Shown in pieces: positions 54,518-64,000 of a stretch of DNA of 64,000 bases. Source of the DNA: Trypanosoma brucei (taxonomy: Eukaryota); assembly GCA_000002445.1 (NCBI GenBank), contig CH464491.1:1024001-1088000 (forward strand), in the 5' to 3' direction. Below the pieces are notes generated by a model, which had not been told where the DNA came from, did not search any database, and was given only the letters and a program-made list of their open reading frames with translations. A program made the position numbers and the translations under genes. Numbering within the stretch: position 1 is the stretch's first letter; the number at the start of each line of letters is the position of its first letter.

Positions 54518-57500
54518 ATGTCGACTGTACGACGTGATAGACTTGTAAGCATCGAAGCCGAGGCACAAGCACGATGGTCGAAGGAGAAAATTTACGAGTT
54601 GGATGCTCCACTAAAAGGTGAAGAAACGCAGCCGAAGTTTTTCACAACGTTTCCGTATCCCTACATGAATGGGCGGTTACATCTCGGTCATACCTTCTCC
54701 CTTACAAAATGTGAGTTTGCCACACGTTTCTGGCGGATGAAAGGGTACCGGTCGTTATGGCCATTTGGTCTTCATGTAACGGGAACGCCCATCGCTGCCT
54801 GCGCACAGAAAATAAAGTTGGAGATGGAACTTTACGGCAACCCTCCACAATTTCCCGCGGAGGTGGAGGACAAACCGTTGGAGAAGAAAGATGAGGTGGC
54901 TACAATTGGTCAACACAAGGGCAAGCGTGGTAAAGCAGGTCCTGCAAAACCACAATGGATTATTATGCGCACGATGGGGATCGAGGAGAGTGAAATACCA
55001 AAATTCGCCGATCCGCTGCACTGGTTTGACTTCTTCCCTCCACTCGCTATTCAAGACTTAAAGCGCCTTGGTTGCCATATTGACTACCGCCGCTCCTTCA
55101 TTACGACGGACCGCAATCCGTATTATGATCGCTTCGTCTCATGGCAGTTCCGAAACCTTCGCAGCTCCAATTACCTCCACTACGGCAAACGATATTGCAT
55201 TTACTCTCCACTGGATAAACAACCTTGTGCTGATCACGACCGAGCAAGTGGTGAGGGCGCCCTGCCGCAAGAATATACCGTTGTTAAGCTGAAGGTAAAG
55301 AATCCCCTGGAGCAGCCGGCACTTGCACCATTCAGCGAAATTATTGGTAATCGTTCAGTGATTCTTCCGGGGGCGACTCTGCGCCCGGAGACGGTCATTG
55401 GCCAAACAAACTGTTGGGTTTCTCCCAACTTCTCGTACATGGCATACAGCATTCTTAATGGCACTGGGGAGGAGGAGATTTACATTATGACTTCTCGGGC
55501 TGCGAGAAACCTTGCCTATCAGAACTTTACGGTGAACGGGAAAACTGGTGTGGACCCGTCGCCACTGTTTGAGGTGGATGGTGCCAAACTCATTGGTCTG
55601 CCGCTCTCTGCACCTTTGTGCCCGTACGATACGATTTACACACTTCCAATGCAAAGCATCATTGAGACAAAAGGTACTGGTGTGGTTATGTCCGTTCCGG
55701 CTGATAGCCCAGACGACTACATCAACTACGTGCAACTTGTGAACAAACCCGACTATCGGGCGAAGCTTGGTTTGAAAGACGAGTGGGTAGCTAATAAAAT
55801 TGTTTCACTAATTGAGGTTCCAGGGGAAATGGGCCGTGAAAGTGCCAAATACATGTGTGAGAAACTGAAGATTAACGGCCCCAATGCCACGGATTTGCTT
55901 GAGGAGGCCAAGAAGGTAATTTATCAAGCTGGGTTCTACCAAGGCGTGATGATTGCTGGGCCATTCGCGGGTGAGAAGGTTTCCGCTGCGAAGGTGAAGA
56001 CAGTGAAACTTCTGGAGGAGCAGAACGCCGCCATTCGTTACTACGAACCCGCGCGCATCGTCGTTAGTCGTTCAGGGGAGGAATGTGTTGTCGCCCTATG
56101 CGACCAGTGGTACATTGAATACGGCAAGGAGGAGTGGAAGGAGATGGTTATGCGGCACCTAAAGAACATGAACCTGGCTCCTGTCGTCCGCAATGGGTTC
56201 GAGGAGACACTCAATTGGCTTGCCGACTGGCCATGCAGCCGCAACTTTGGGCTTGGGACCAAGTTCCCCTCTGACGAAGGAGGGACAATGATTATCGACA
56301 GCTTGAGTGACTCCACCATCTATATGGCGTACTACACAATTGCTCACTTCTTGCACAAGGGGGCCGATGGTATTCACCGTCTTGACGCGCATCACGAAAA
56401 TGCGCTTGGTGTGGAGCCGGAAATGTTCACAGATGAGACATTCGATTACATTTTCCGCGGTAGAGGCACACCGGAGTCCGTTCATGCTGTTAATGGTCTC
56501 CCCACAGAAGCGGCCGAAAAGATGCGGCGGGAATTTTTATATTGGTATCCTGTTGACCTCCGGTGCTCTGGGAAGGATCTCATTCAAAACCACCTAACGA
56601 TGTTTCTCTATAATCATGCGGCGATTTGGCCCGACGACGAGAGCAAGTGGCCGCGATCGGTTTTCGCCAACGGTCACGTCCTCGTAGACAACGAAAAAAT
56701 GTCCAAATCGAAGGGGAATTTCATGACATTAGAGGAGGCAATAAACGAATACGGCAGTGACGCAACTCGCCTGGCCTGCGCGGATGCAGGTGACACATTG
56801 GATGACGCGAACTTTGTCCGTGAAACCGCTACAGGATTTATTATGAAATTAACGACAGTAATTGATGGGTCGGAGGAGCTGTTGAAGAACAAAAGATCTC
56901 TGCGGGGCGGAGAGTTTAACATTTTTGATAGAATATTCAGCAACACCATTAATACTATCATCATTCGCGTGGAAAAGTACTACACAAATATGCAGTTCCG
57001 CAATGTGCTTAATGCGGCCTACCATGAGTTGTCTAACGAGTTCAGTCAGTACAAACTGAACTGTGACACGATGCAAATGCATGCGGATCTTGCTGAACGT
57101 TACCTCGAGGTGATAACACTCCTCCTCGCCCCTATTGCCCCCCACTTTTCAGAGTACATGTGGACGACTGTGCTTGGTCGAAAAACTTCTGTTGTACTGG
57201 AACCGTTTCCGAAGGTAACGGCCCCTGTCGAGTATGCCACACTTGTTGCGAGTCGCGTTTTGACAGATGTCGTGAAGGAGATCCGTGCGCAGGTAACGAA
57301 AGCACAAAAGAAACGTGGCCCCATCACTGAGGTTTGTGTGTACACTTCTGGTGCCTACTCCGAGTGGCAGGTGAAGGCGCTTGGGCTTCTACGCGAGTTG
57401 TATGAGGCCAACAACAAGTCATTTCCCGCAGAGTTCTCGAAGGCTGTGATGGCGCGGCGGCAGGACTGGATGACAAAAGATATCCTTCCCGATGTGATGG

Positions 57501-57742
57501 CTTTTGTTTCTTTCACCAAAATGAACGTGGAGCAGTACGGGGAGGAGGCGCTAGCATCAACTCCAGCAATTAACGACATGGAAGTATTGAAGGAGGTACA
57601 TGCGAGCGTATGCAAGTTATCAGGTGTGCCAACGGTACATATTCTATCCAATGAAGACGAGACGTACACAGAACATCGTGTGGCACGTAAGAAGTGCCGT
57701 CCGGGTGAGCCTTCCGTAGCCTTTCCGGACAAGAAGGCATGA
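54518..57742 (+). CDS. LeuRS: leucyl-tRNA synthetase, cytoplasmic type, 1074 aa
   Basis: Class I HIGH motif (PYMNGRLHLGH), KMSKS motif (KMSKSKGN), CP1 editing-domain length, and overall size typical of eukaryotic/archaeal-type LeuRS. Confidence 0.95.
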   Translation: MSTVRRDRLVSIEAEAQARWSKEKIYELDAPLKGEETQPKFFTTFPYPYMNGRLHLGHTFSLTKCEFATRFWRMKGYRSLWPFGLHVTGTPIAACAQKIKLEMELYGNPPQFPAEVEDKPLEKKDEVATIGQHKGKRGKAGPAKPQWIIMRTMGIEESEIPKFADPLHWFDFFPPLAIQDLKRLGCHIDYRRSFITTDRNPYYDRFVSWQFRNLRSSNYLHYGKRYCIYSPLDKQPCADHDRASGEGALPQEYTVVKLKVKNPLEQPALAPFSEIIGNRSVILPGATLRPETVIGQTNCWVSPNFSYMAYSILNGTGEEEIYIMTSRAARNLAYQNFTVNGKTGVDPSPLFEVDGAKLIGLPLSAPLCPYDTIYTLPMQSIIETKGTGVVMSVPADSPDDYINYVQLVNKPDYRAKLGLKDEWVANKIVSLIEVPGEMGRESAKYMCEKLKINGPNATDLLEEAKKVIYQAGFYQGVMIAGPFAGEKVSAAKVKTVKLLEEQNAAIRYYEPARIVVSRSGEECVVALCDQWYIEYGKEEWKEMVMRHLKNMNLAPVVRNGFEETLNWLADWPCSRNFGLGTKFPSDEGGTMIIDSLSDSTIYMAYYTIAHFLHKGADGIHRLDAHHENALGVEPEMFTDETFDYIFRGRGTPESVHAVNGLPTEAAEKMRREFLYWYPVDLRCSGKDLIQNHLTMFLYNHAAIWPDDESKWPRSVFANGHVLVDNEKMSKSKGNFMTLEEAINEYGSDATRLACADAGDTLDDANFVRETATGFIMKLTTVIDGSEELLKNKRSLRGGEFNIFDRIFSNTINTIIIRVEKYYTNMQFRNVLNAAYHELSNEFSQYKLNCDTMQMHADLAERYLEVITLLLAPIAPHFSEYMWTTVLGRKTSVVLEPFPKVTAPVEYATLVASRVLTDVVKEIRAQVTKAQKKRGPITEVCVYTSGAYSEWQVKALGLLRELYEANNKSFPAEFSKAVMARRQDWMTKDILPDVMAFVSFTKMNVEQYGEEALASTPAINDMEVLKEVHASVCKLSGVPTVHILSNEDETYTEHRVARKKCRPGEPSVAFPDKKA

Positions 57743-58670
57743 GTTGATTTTTCATAAGGTTTGTTGAGAATACACCATTATAACGCGTGCCCTTGCAAGC
57801 TTGTGAAGAGACGAAAAGCCAAAAGGGAAGGTTGAAAACAGGAGTGAATAATATATATATATTTTTTTTTTTCTGGGGAATCTGGAAGGGGGATGAGGAC
57901 ATGTGTCAATACTGATCAAGGGAGGTGAGGTCGGTGAAGCTCTAGTTTTTCCCCCTGACTTATAACCTTTAAAAGAAGGATTTCCCTTATGTTATTTCGT
58001 GATGCGTGAGTGTATAGATGCGCGTGATAAAATGTTTGATGAGAGAAGGGAGCTGACATGTTTGCTATCGTGTCAAAAGGAGGGGAAAAGGGTTACATTT
58101 TCCCCTCCTTTTGTCTTTGGTTGTGCCCGGTAGTGCTCACACAAATCTCATTTTTGTTTTCTACATCGTCCCGTTCTCCACTTATCCTGCATTTTGGCGT
58201 GCTGCCATCTGTGCACCATCGCATCCCGCAGTGCGAAAGCCACTTCAACTCCTTTCCCCATTTTCCTCCTGCGCTGCTGAATGTGCATTCGTAAGAGAAG
58301 GCAACGTGGCTTTCATGTTTTTATCGCGAAAACAATATATATATATATATATTTATTTGTTTATTCATTACTGAATTCCCGGATAATGCAACAATTGGTA
58401 ATTGGTTATAGTTATAAATGAACTATTAAGGAGGTGGTGCTTTACCCTCACTCGCTGTCACTCTTCTTTGGTGTTAGTGTCAACGAAACGTCTTTTTTTA
58501 AAGTCGTAAACCCCATGCTAGTCACGTTTAACCGCTTCCTCTCCCCCCCCTTTCCCCTCGTATCATTCTTTAGGAAGGTGATTTGGCAACTATATTGTTG
58601 AAACCCCTCTTAGACGCTTCTACATTCCTTGTATTGAACGCATATTGCCGTCACTGCGGTAACTTCATTT

Positions 58671-58702
58671 AGTTACTTTCCTTTCTGTGCTTCTTTTTGT
58701 AG
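58671..58702 (+). promoter_or_regulatory. Polypyrimidine tract and AG trans-splice acceptor candidate for RPT2
   Basis: TTACTTTCCTTTCTGTGCTTCTTTTTGT followed by AG at 58701-58702, 25 nt upstream of the ATG. This is the typical kinetoplastid trans-splicing signal arrangement. Confidence 0.5.
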
Positions 58703-58726
58703 AACGCAGGTGCCGGTTTGAGAGGA

Positions 58727-60040
58727 ATGGGGCAAGCAGGTGGGAAGGAGCAGAAGCGCCAACAGGAGAAATGGGAACCTCCGGTGGCGACGGATATTGG
58801 AAAAAAGAAGAAGCGTCATGGCCCTGATGCGGCGGCAAAACTGCCGAAGATATACCCCTCCAGGGCCTGCCTCTTGAAGCAACTACGTCTTGAGCGGTGC
58901 AAAGACTACCTATTGTTGGAGGATGAACTACTCACAATGATTACGTCGCAGTGGGACGCACAGGAAAATCTTGAGGAGGGTGCCATGTCACATTATGAAG
59001 CAGAACTAAGCAAAGTAGATGCTTTGCGTGGGATGCCACTCGAGGTCGGCACCCTTGAGGAGGTTATCGACGATACGCATGCCATAGTTTCCACAGCCGG
59101 CTCGGAGTACTACGTTGCGATGCTTTCGTTCGTTGATAAGGAAAAGTTGGAACTTGGTTGCAGCGTGCTACTCCATGACCGCTACCATAATGTTGTGGGA
59201 CTTCTGGAGAGTAACACAGATCCGCTCGTAAGTGTCATGAAGGTTGATAAGGCACCGCAGGAAACCTATGCTGATATTGGCGGATTAGAGGATCAGATTC
59301 AGGAGATAAAAGAGGCGGTTGAGTTCCCTTTGTCACATCCTGAATTGTTTGATGAAGTCGGCGTAAAGCCACCGAAAGGAGTTATCCTCTACGGTGTCCC
59401 AGGCACTGGTAAGACTTTGCTCGCAAAAGCTGTGGCAAATCAAACGAGTGCCACGTTCCTGCGTGTGGTGGGGTCTGAACTTATTCAAAAATACTCCGGT
59501 GAAGGACCCAAACTCGTCCGGGAATTGTTTCGTGTGGCTGAGGAAAACAGTCCGTCCATCGTTTTTATCGATGAAATTGATGCAATCGGGACAAAAAGGT
59601 ACGATACAGACAGCGGTGGCGCCAAAGAAGTGCAGCGTACCATGTTGGAGTTGCTCACTCAACTCGATGGATTTGATAGCTGTAATGATGTGAAGGTCAT
59701 TATGGCAACAAATCGCATCGAAACATTGGATCCGGCGCTCATTCGTCCGGGCCGTATCGACCGGAAGATTGAGTTCCCGTTTCCCGATGAGAAGACAAAG
59801 AAGATGATTTTTGAGATTCACACGAGCCGCATGTCCCTAGCAGAGGATGTTGATCTGTCGGAGTTCATCCACGCAAAAGACGAGATGAGCGGGGCTGATA
59901 TCAAAGCCATTTGTACCGAGGCTGGTCTCCTGGCCTTGCGCGACCGGCGCATGAAAGTATGTCAGTCCGATTTCGTAAAGGGAAAAGAAAATGTGCAATA
60001 CCGCAAGGATAAGGGTCGCTTCTCCAAGTTTTACCTTTAG
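58727..60040 (+). CDS. RPT2: 26S proteasome regulatory subunit RPT2 (PSMC1/S4 AAA-ATPase)
   Basis: Aligns along its whole length with PSMC1: N-myristoylation start [18 protein letters not shown], Walker [17 protein letters not shown], Walker [12 protein letters not shown], and C-terminal HbYX-like ...FSKFYL. The track ORF starts at TTG 58718; the conserved MGQ start is at 58727. Confidence 0.9.
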   Translation: MGQAGGKEQKRQQEKWEPPVATDIGKKKKRHGPDAAAKLPKIYPSRACLLKQLRLERCKDYLLLEDELLTMITSQWDAQENLEEGAMSHYEAELSKVDALRGMPLEVGTLEEVIDDTHAIVSTAGSEYYVAMLSFVDKEKLELGCSVLLHDRYHNVVGLLESNTDPLVSVMKVDKAPQETYADIGGLEDQIQEIKEAVEFPLSHPELFDEVGVKPPKGVILYGVPGTGKTLLAKAVANQTSATFLRVVGSELIQKYSGEGPKLVRELFRVAEENSPSIVFIDEIDAIGTKRYDTDSGGAKEVQRTMLELLTQLDGFDSCNDVKVIMATNRIETLDPALIRPGRIDRKIEFPFPDEKTKKMIFEIHTSRMSLAEDVDLSEFIHAKDEMSGADIKAICTEAGLLALRDRRMKVCQSDFVKGKENVQYRKDKGRFSKFYL

Positions 60041-60683
60041 CGGCGTGGTCGGGAATGAGTTGTGTGGGAGGCGGGATGGGTGTAAAAGTCATGCAAAGCA
60101 CAGGGAAAGGCCACAATTCCATATGTGTTTCGACTTTTCTAGTGGCCGCTCGTTCCCTTTAAACTCGTTTCCCTCACTGTCCCGCCTACACCAAAGGTTG
60201 TGGAGTGCCTTTTCTCCCATAATCCCCTCATTTATTACTTCCCTCTGATGAATCTGACAGATGTTGAGTGAATACAGGACTGTGTGTGCGCATGTGTAGT
60301 TGGGTTATATATGCGTCCGCACCGTGAAGAGAAACGACGAGACCGTTGATGTTTCTGGTGTCATGAAACGTACAAAATGATGATTTCCCCCCCTTTCATC
60401 TTCTGACACCTTGCGCAGTACATTTTCAGCGTTTCTATGCATATTACAAATATGTGGGGCAAGTAAAACCGTTTTCTTTTTGTTGGTTCTGTTTTGCACT
60501 ACTTTGCGGTATATCGTCTCCCCGTCTTGTTGTTCCCTTTATTTTGCATTCGCCACAAACGCGGCCTTTGGTTTCCACAGTAGACACGCAAAATACAATC
60601 AGTAAATAAAAAGGTAGCGCAGAGGCGACAGGTGGCACTGACAGTTTGCCACTTTTAACGCACTTGTCTCTGCAAGATAGCAG

Positions 60684-60728
60684 GGAGGCTGTTATCTTTC
60701 TTTTCGGTTGAAGCTGTTTTTTTTTTTT
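60684..60728 (+). promoter_or_regulatory. Polypyrimidine tract and AG acceptor candidate for cytochrome b5 reductase
   Basis: T-rich run TCTTTTCGGTTGAAGCTGTTTTTTTTTTTTTTGTTCTATAG with AG at 60727-60728, about 87 nt upstream of the ATG. Confidence 0.45.
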
Positions 60729-60814
60729 TGTTCTATAGGTGTATTTATATTCTTTTTTTGTTATTATTATCGTTACCCTTGGAAGACAGCCAATCACTTT
60801 GTTGAGTCGCAGGA

Positions 60815-61735
60815 ATGATGCTCGCAGTTATCGTAGCTTTTGCGGTCATTTTTTTTGTTACGTTGGCTCTTGCCGGCCGGGGGCTTCTTCCTTTTTATCG
60901 TTATCCTCCCATCGCCCTCAACCCAGACGTATATCAGTCGTTCAAACTTGTGAAGAAAACTCGCGTGACGCATGATTCTTTCATTTTTCGCTTTGCCCTC
61001 CACGCCTCGCATCAATGCCTTGGTTTACCGACGGGTCACCACATTCGGTTCCGTGTCGCGTCCAAACACAACTTTACGGGCACCCCACAAGTTGTTCAGC
61101 ACTCTTACACTCCCATTTCATCAAATGACGACAAGGGATTCGTGGATTTCCTTGTGAAAATATATTACAAGGGCTCCAATCCGGCATTCCCCAACGGTGG
61201 GCGGCTCTCACAACATCTTGACAGTTTGTCCATTGGTGAGGCTGTGGAGATGTTGGGCCCAGTGGGGAAGTTTCAGTACATGGGAAACGGTGACTATACG
61301 GTGGAGATGGGTAAGGGAGAGGTAAAGCGGCAGCATGTAGCTGGTTTTGCAATGGTTGCTGGTGGTACAGGGATTACACCAATGATGCAAATTATTCATG
61401 CCATACTTAAATCACCTGAGGATCCCACGCGGCTTTGGTTAGTCTATTCCAACCACACAGAAGAGGACATTTTACTGCGGGATGCACTAGCCGAGGCATG
61501 TAAGGACCCGCGTGTGAAGGTATGGCACACTCTCACTCGCAGTGCCCCCCCGGATTGGGCGTATGGAAGAGGGCGTGTTAACGAAGAGATGCTTCGCACT
61601 CACCTCCCCCCACCGCAGCTGGAGGAGGGCTCAGTAACCGTATTGTTATGTGGTCCCCCGCTTATGCTTCAGGACGCAGTGAAGCCAAACCTGCTCAACA
61701 TTGGGTACTCACAAGACAATATATTTACCTTTTAA
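60815..61735 (+). CDS. NADH-cytochrome b5 reductase (FAD/NAD-binding ferredoxin-reductase family) with an N-terminal membrane anchor
   Basis: FAD-binding RxY(T/S)xxS-type segment (HIRFRVASKHNF ... HSYTPISS), NAD-binding GGTGITPMMQII motif, C-terminal CGPPLM motif, and a hydrophobic N-terminus MMLAVIVAFAVIFFVTLALA. Confidence 0.85.
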   Translation: MMLAVIVAFAVIFFVTLALAGRGLLPFYRYPPIALNPDVYQSFKLVKKTRVTHDSFIFRFALHASHQCLGLPTGHHIRFRVASKHNFTGTPQVVQHSYTPISSNDDKGFVDFLVKIYYKGSNPAFPNGGRLSQHLDSLSIGEAVEMLGPVGKFQYMGNGDYTVEMGKGEVKRQHVAGFAMVAGGTGITPMMQIIHAILKSPEDPTRLWLVYSNHTEEDILLRDALAEACKDPRVKVWHTLTRSAPPDWAYGRGRVNEEMLRTHLPPPQLEEGSVTVLLCGPPLMLQDAVKPNLLNIGYSQDNIFTF

Positions 61736-62821
61736 TGAAACGTTCAGTAGGGTTTGTTGTTGGTGTTGTTGGGGGCAAAGGGAGCGTCGCAAATTCAAGT
61801 GCTCTAGCGGACGAGTGTAAATAATATGAACAATAAAACACAACCGAGCACGTGCCAACAAATGGTGGCACGCATAGCCAGTTGGCACAAAGACTGCACT
61901 GGAGCTGCTCCCTTGTGCATCGTCTCTCCATAATCCCCTTCTTCGGTCGTAATCATGCGACGCAAATTTACAATAACAAATTAATCAGCTCAGTGAGGTT
62001 AAGGCACCGAGACACATTTCTGTACAGTTGTTACAACAGGTGGAATGAATGAGGAATGAGGGAGAGGGGATCAGAAAAGTACTCAACTGTGGTTGCTTGT
62101 CGCGGTGTTTCGTGCAGCTTTCTTTCAGTGAAGAAATGGTTATCGTACGATCGTATTTTACCCCACATACACTCCGTTTTCTTGCCTTAATATGATACGG
62201 TGTGGAAGCAAAACTCTGACAGTGATTTCCCCTCGCTCGTGTATTTTACCCGTCGTAACGAAATGATATTTTCCGTGCTCTCTTTTCTTCTTTTCACCGC
62301 CAGGCCGCAGAGACGGTTAGGTTTGGGAGTGATACCGTTTTGTTTTTTTTTGTTTTTTTTGTAAAGGAGAGAATAATAAAGACAAAGTGTTCTGTAACCT
62401 TCCTCTTTTGTGTGTGGAAAAATAAAAGAGGATACAAAGAGGGGAGAGAGGCGTATAGTCATCAAAGTTCCCGAGCGGGAAGAGAAGAAAAGGGGGAAAA
62501 AGTAAAGGGACAGGAAAAGAGGTCGAAATACTCGTTCGTCTACAGTCTTTGCCTTCTTTCAGCTGTGACTGAAGCGGGGAACTCAAGTACACTTTTATTT
62601 GGGTGGGGGAAGTGAGAGTAGGTTCTCTAAAAAAGAATTTAACGTCCGCTGCGTCACACACACACACACACTCATATACATATATAGGAAACTAGGGGGA
62701 AAAGGTAAGAAGAAGGGAGTAGGTAATTGTAAACGATAAGAGCCTGTCAAAAGGTACAGGTAAATCGACAGAAACAAACAGTAGGGACACATTTTCACTT
62801 CCAACCGACCCAAATACATAT

Positions 62822-63544
62822 ATGGAAACGAAAGAGAGTTGCAGGGAGCAGGACCCTGACGTGGTGTGTGGACAGGAAGAAGCACAAACCCCTGAAGCCA
62901 CATGTGGGGAAGAAGCGACAGAAACACAAGAGGCGCCCGAGGCTACAGAAATGAAAGGAGAGGAACAACAGGACGACAATCCTTCGTGTGAAAATGAGGA
63001 AGCACAAAACGCCGGTGCTCCCCCTGATGAAGAGGAGGGAGACGTAACCGAACCCCCGGATGCAGCAGCCGGGTCCCATACGTCACAGGAAGCTGGAGTG
63101 AACTCCGTTACTGCTGAAGGGGGTTCCGCTTGCACTTCCCCAAAGGGCGTAAGTGTTACGGCACCTTCACCTACTGAAGACAATTTTCCGGATCGACAAC
63201 CACAAATTCGACGGCGGTTGTCATGTGCAGGGCTGCGAATCGGGGAACACTCGCGTCAGGTCGATGAGGAATACGGTTATCCTCCGTCACATTATCACAC
63301 ACTTACTGTGAATTGCGGTGGTGCCAACGGGGATGGCGATAATATTAACTGTGGGCAACCCTTTGCTCCCATGGCGAGGGGAGTGGGACTTGTTGATCTT
63401 CCGTCCATGTATGCGAAAAAAGATAACGCTAATGGAGATGCCGTTCTCCCAGCCGCCTCACTGTTTGCGCATGGAAGCCCGGGGGAGGAATGGGAATCCA
63501 CCTTCACCGTTAAGATGGGTTTACATGCCAATGATGATGACTGA
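62822..63544 (+). CDS. acidic hypothetical protein, 240 aa
   Basis: ATG-initiated ORF on the cluster sense strand with an E/D/T-rich N-terminal half. No motif recognised. Confidence 0.4.
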   Translation: METKESCREQDPDVVCGQEEAQTPEATCGEEATETQEAPEATEMKGEEQQDDNPSCENEEAQNAGAPPDEEEGDVTEPPDAAAGSHTSQEAGVNSVTAEGGSACTSPKGVSVTAPSPTEDNFPDRQPQIRRRLSCAGLRIGEHSRQVDEEYGYPPSHYHTLTVNCGGANGDGDNINCGQPFAPMARGVGLVDLPSMYAKKDNANGDAVLPAASLFAHGSPGEEWESTFTVKMGLHANDDD

Positions 63545-63820
63545 TTGAAATGGTGTTATTGTTCGCCCTGCGAGGTCCTTTCTTTTCATTTTCTTTCCTT
63601 TTGTTTTATTTTATTCTTATCCTTATTATTTTATACCATTGTTTTAAGCAGCAACTAGTTTACTCCGTTTTCCTCCTTTTTTTTTTTGCGTCTGTGTTTT
63701 GTAACACTATTGCTTGTAGGGTGAGAATGGGATATTCCGCTAAGGAGGGAGAGGGGTTACAAAAGAAGAAAAAAAAAAGAAAAGAATGGGATGGGATGGG
63801 ATGGGATGGATGGATGAGAA

Positions 63821-63921
63821 GGGGGGGGACACAAATCCAACATAACCTGAAGAAGAGCGTACTTTTGCATGCGTATGTTTTTTTTTGTGTGTGTGATTAT
63901 GTTGGATTTGTGTCCCCCCTC
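63821..63921. repeat. Near-perfect 25-bp inverted repeat (hairpin with a 51-nt loop), preceded by (GGGAT)n
   Basis: GGGGGGGGACACAAATCCAACATAA (63821-63845) is the reverse complement of TTATGTTGGATTTGTGTCCCCCCTC (63897-63921). There is one G-U wobble and 23 consecutive Watson-Crick pairs. Confidence 0.85.
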
Positions 63922-64000
63922 CCAATTCCTTTTTTGTTTTCAGTTTGCCTCCTTCCCGCTGCGAAGTGTGTAGTTATATTACGCCTCTATACCCTTTTTA

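Noticed and set aside
1-64000. Strand-switch region or transcription start/termination site within the window
   Set aside because: Every credible gene is on the + strand and no convincing tRNA gene was found. There is no sequence-level evidence for a switch.

Overview
The window reads as a chromosome-internal, single-direction polycistronic gene cluster of a kinetoplastid, most consistent with the Trypanosoma brucei group. All 25 supportable protein genes lie on the + strand, are intronless, and are preceded by polypyrimidine tracts with AG acceptor sites. No strand-switch region, rRNA gene, convincing tRNA gene or CRISPR array is present.

Recognisable products (coordinates in the feature list):
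- an LYR-motif protein (46..588)
- GPN-loop GTPase 1 (2548..3420)
- an M1 aminopeptidase (13043..15658)
- a thiamine pyrophosphokinase-like protein (16230..17537)
- two tandem 40S ribosomal protein S4 genes (17968..18789 and 19038..19859)
- a three-copy tandem array of ENT-family transporter genes that resemble the T. brucei NT8 nucleobase transporters (20152..21459, 23131..24438, 26102..27424)
- adenylosuccinate synthetase (31003..32811)
- a Tctex-1 dynein light chain (36376..36726)
- an EF-hand calmodulin/centrin-like protein (39852..40322)
- an alpha/beta hydrolase (40964..42091)
- a DUF155/RMD1-like protein (42638..44377)
- the 71-aa RNA polymerase subunit RPB10 (45267..45482)
- a coiled-coil E/K/R-rich protein (46180..47727)
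- a RING finger protein (49134..50516)
- cytosolic leucyl-tRNA synthetase (54518..57742)
- proteasome ATPase RPT2 (58727..60040)
- NADH-cytochrome b5 reductase (60815..61735)
- five hypothetical proteins (1295..2290, 28372..28929, 37886..39259, 62822..63544, plus the coiled-coil one above)

Most notable observations:
1. A 505-bp SINE-like retroposon at 8231..8735 ends in A12 and is flanked by a perfect 12-bp target-site duplication. Its 5' end matches the recalled conserved ingi/RIME/L1Tc signature. It sits inside a 9.5-kb ORF-free stretch (3421..13042) that is anomalous for a transcription unit this dense.
2. The transporter array shows mosaic, tract-wise divergence in its third copy. A small hairpin about 235 nt into the 3' flank is conserved in all three copies and is a candidate cis-regulatory element.
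3. The duplicated RPS4 genes are identical only across the CDS, with unrelated flanks.
4. Two multi-kb low-complexity spacers have strand-switching purine/pyrimidine blocks.
5. A near-perfect 25-bp inverted repeat lies at the 3' end of the window.

ORFs in the supplied track that begin with TTG or GTG were re-anchored to the first in-frame ATG.
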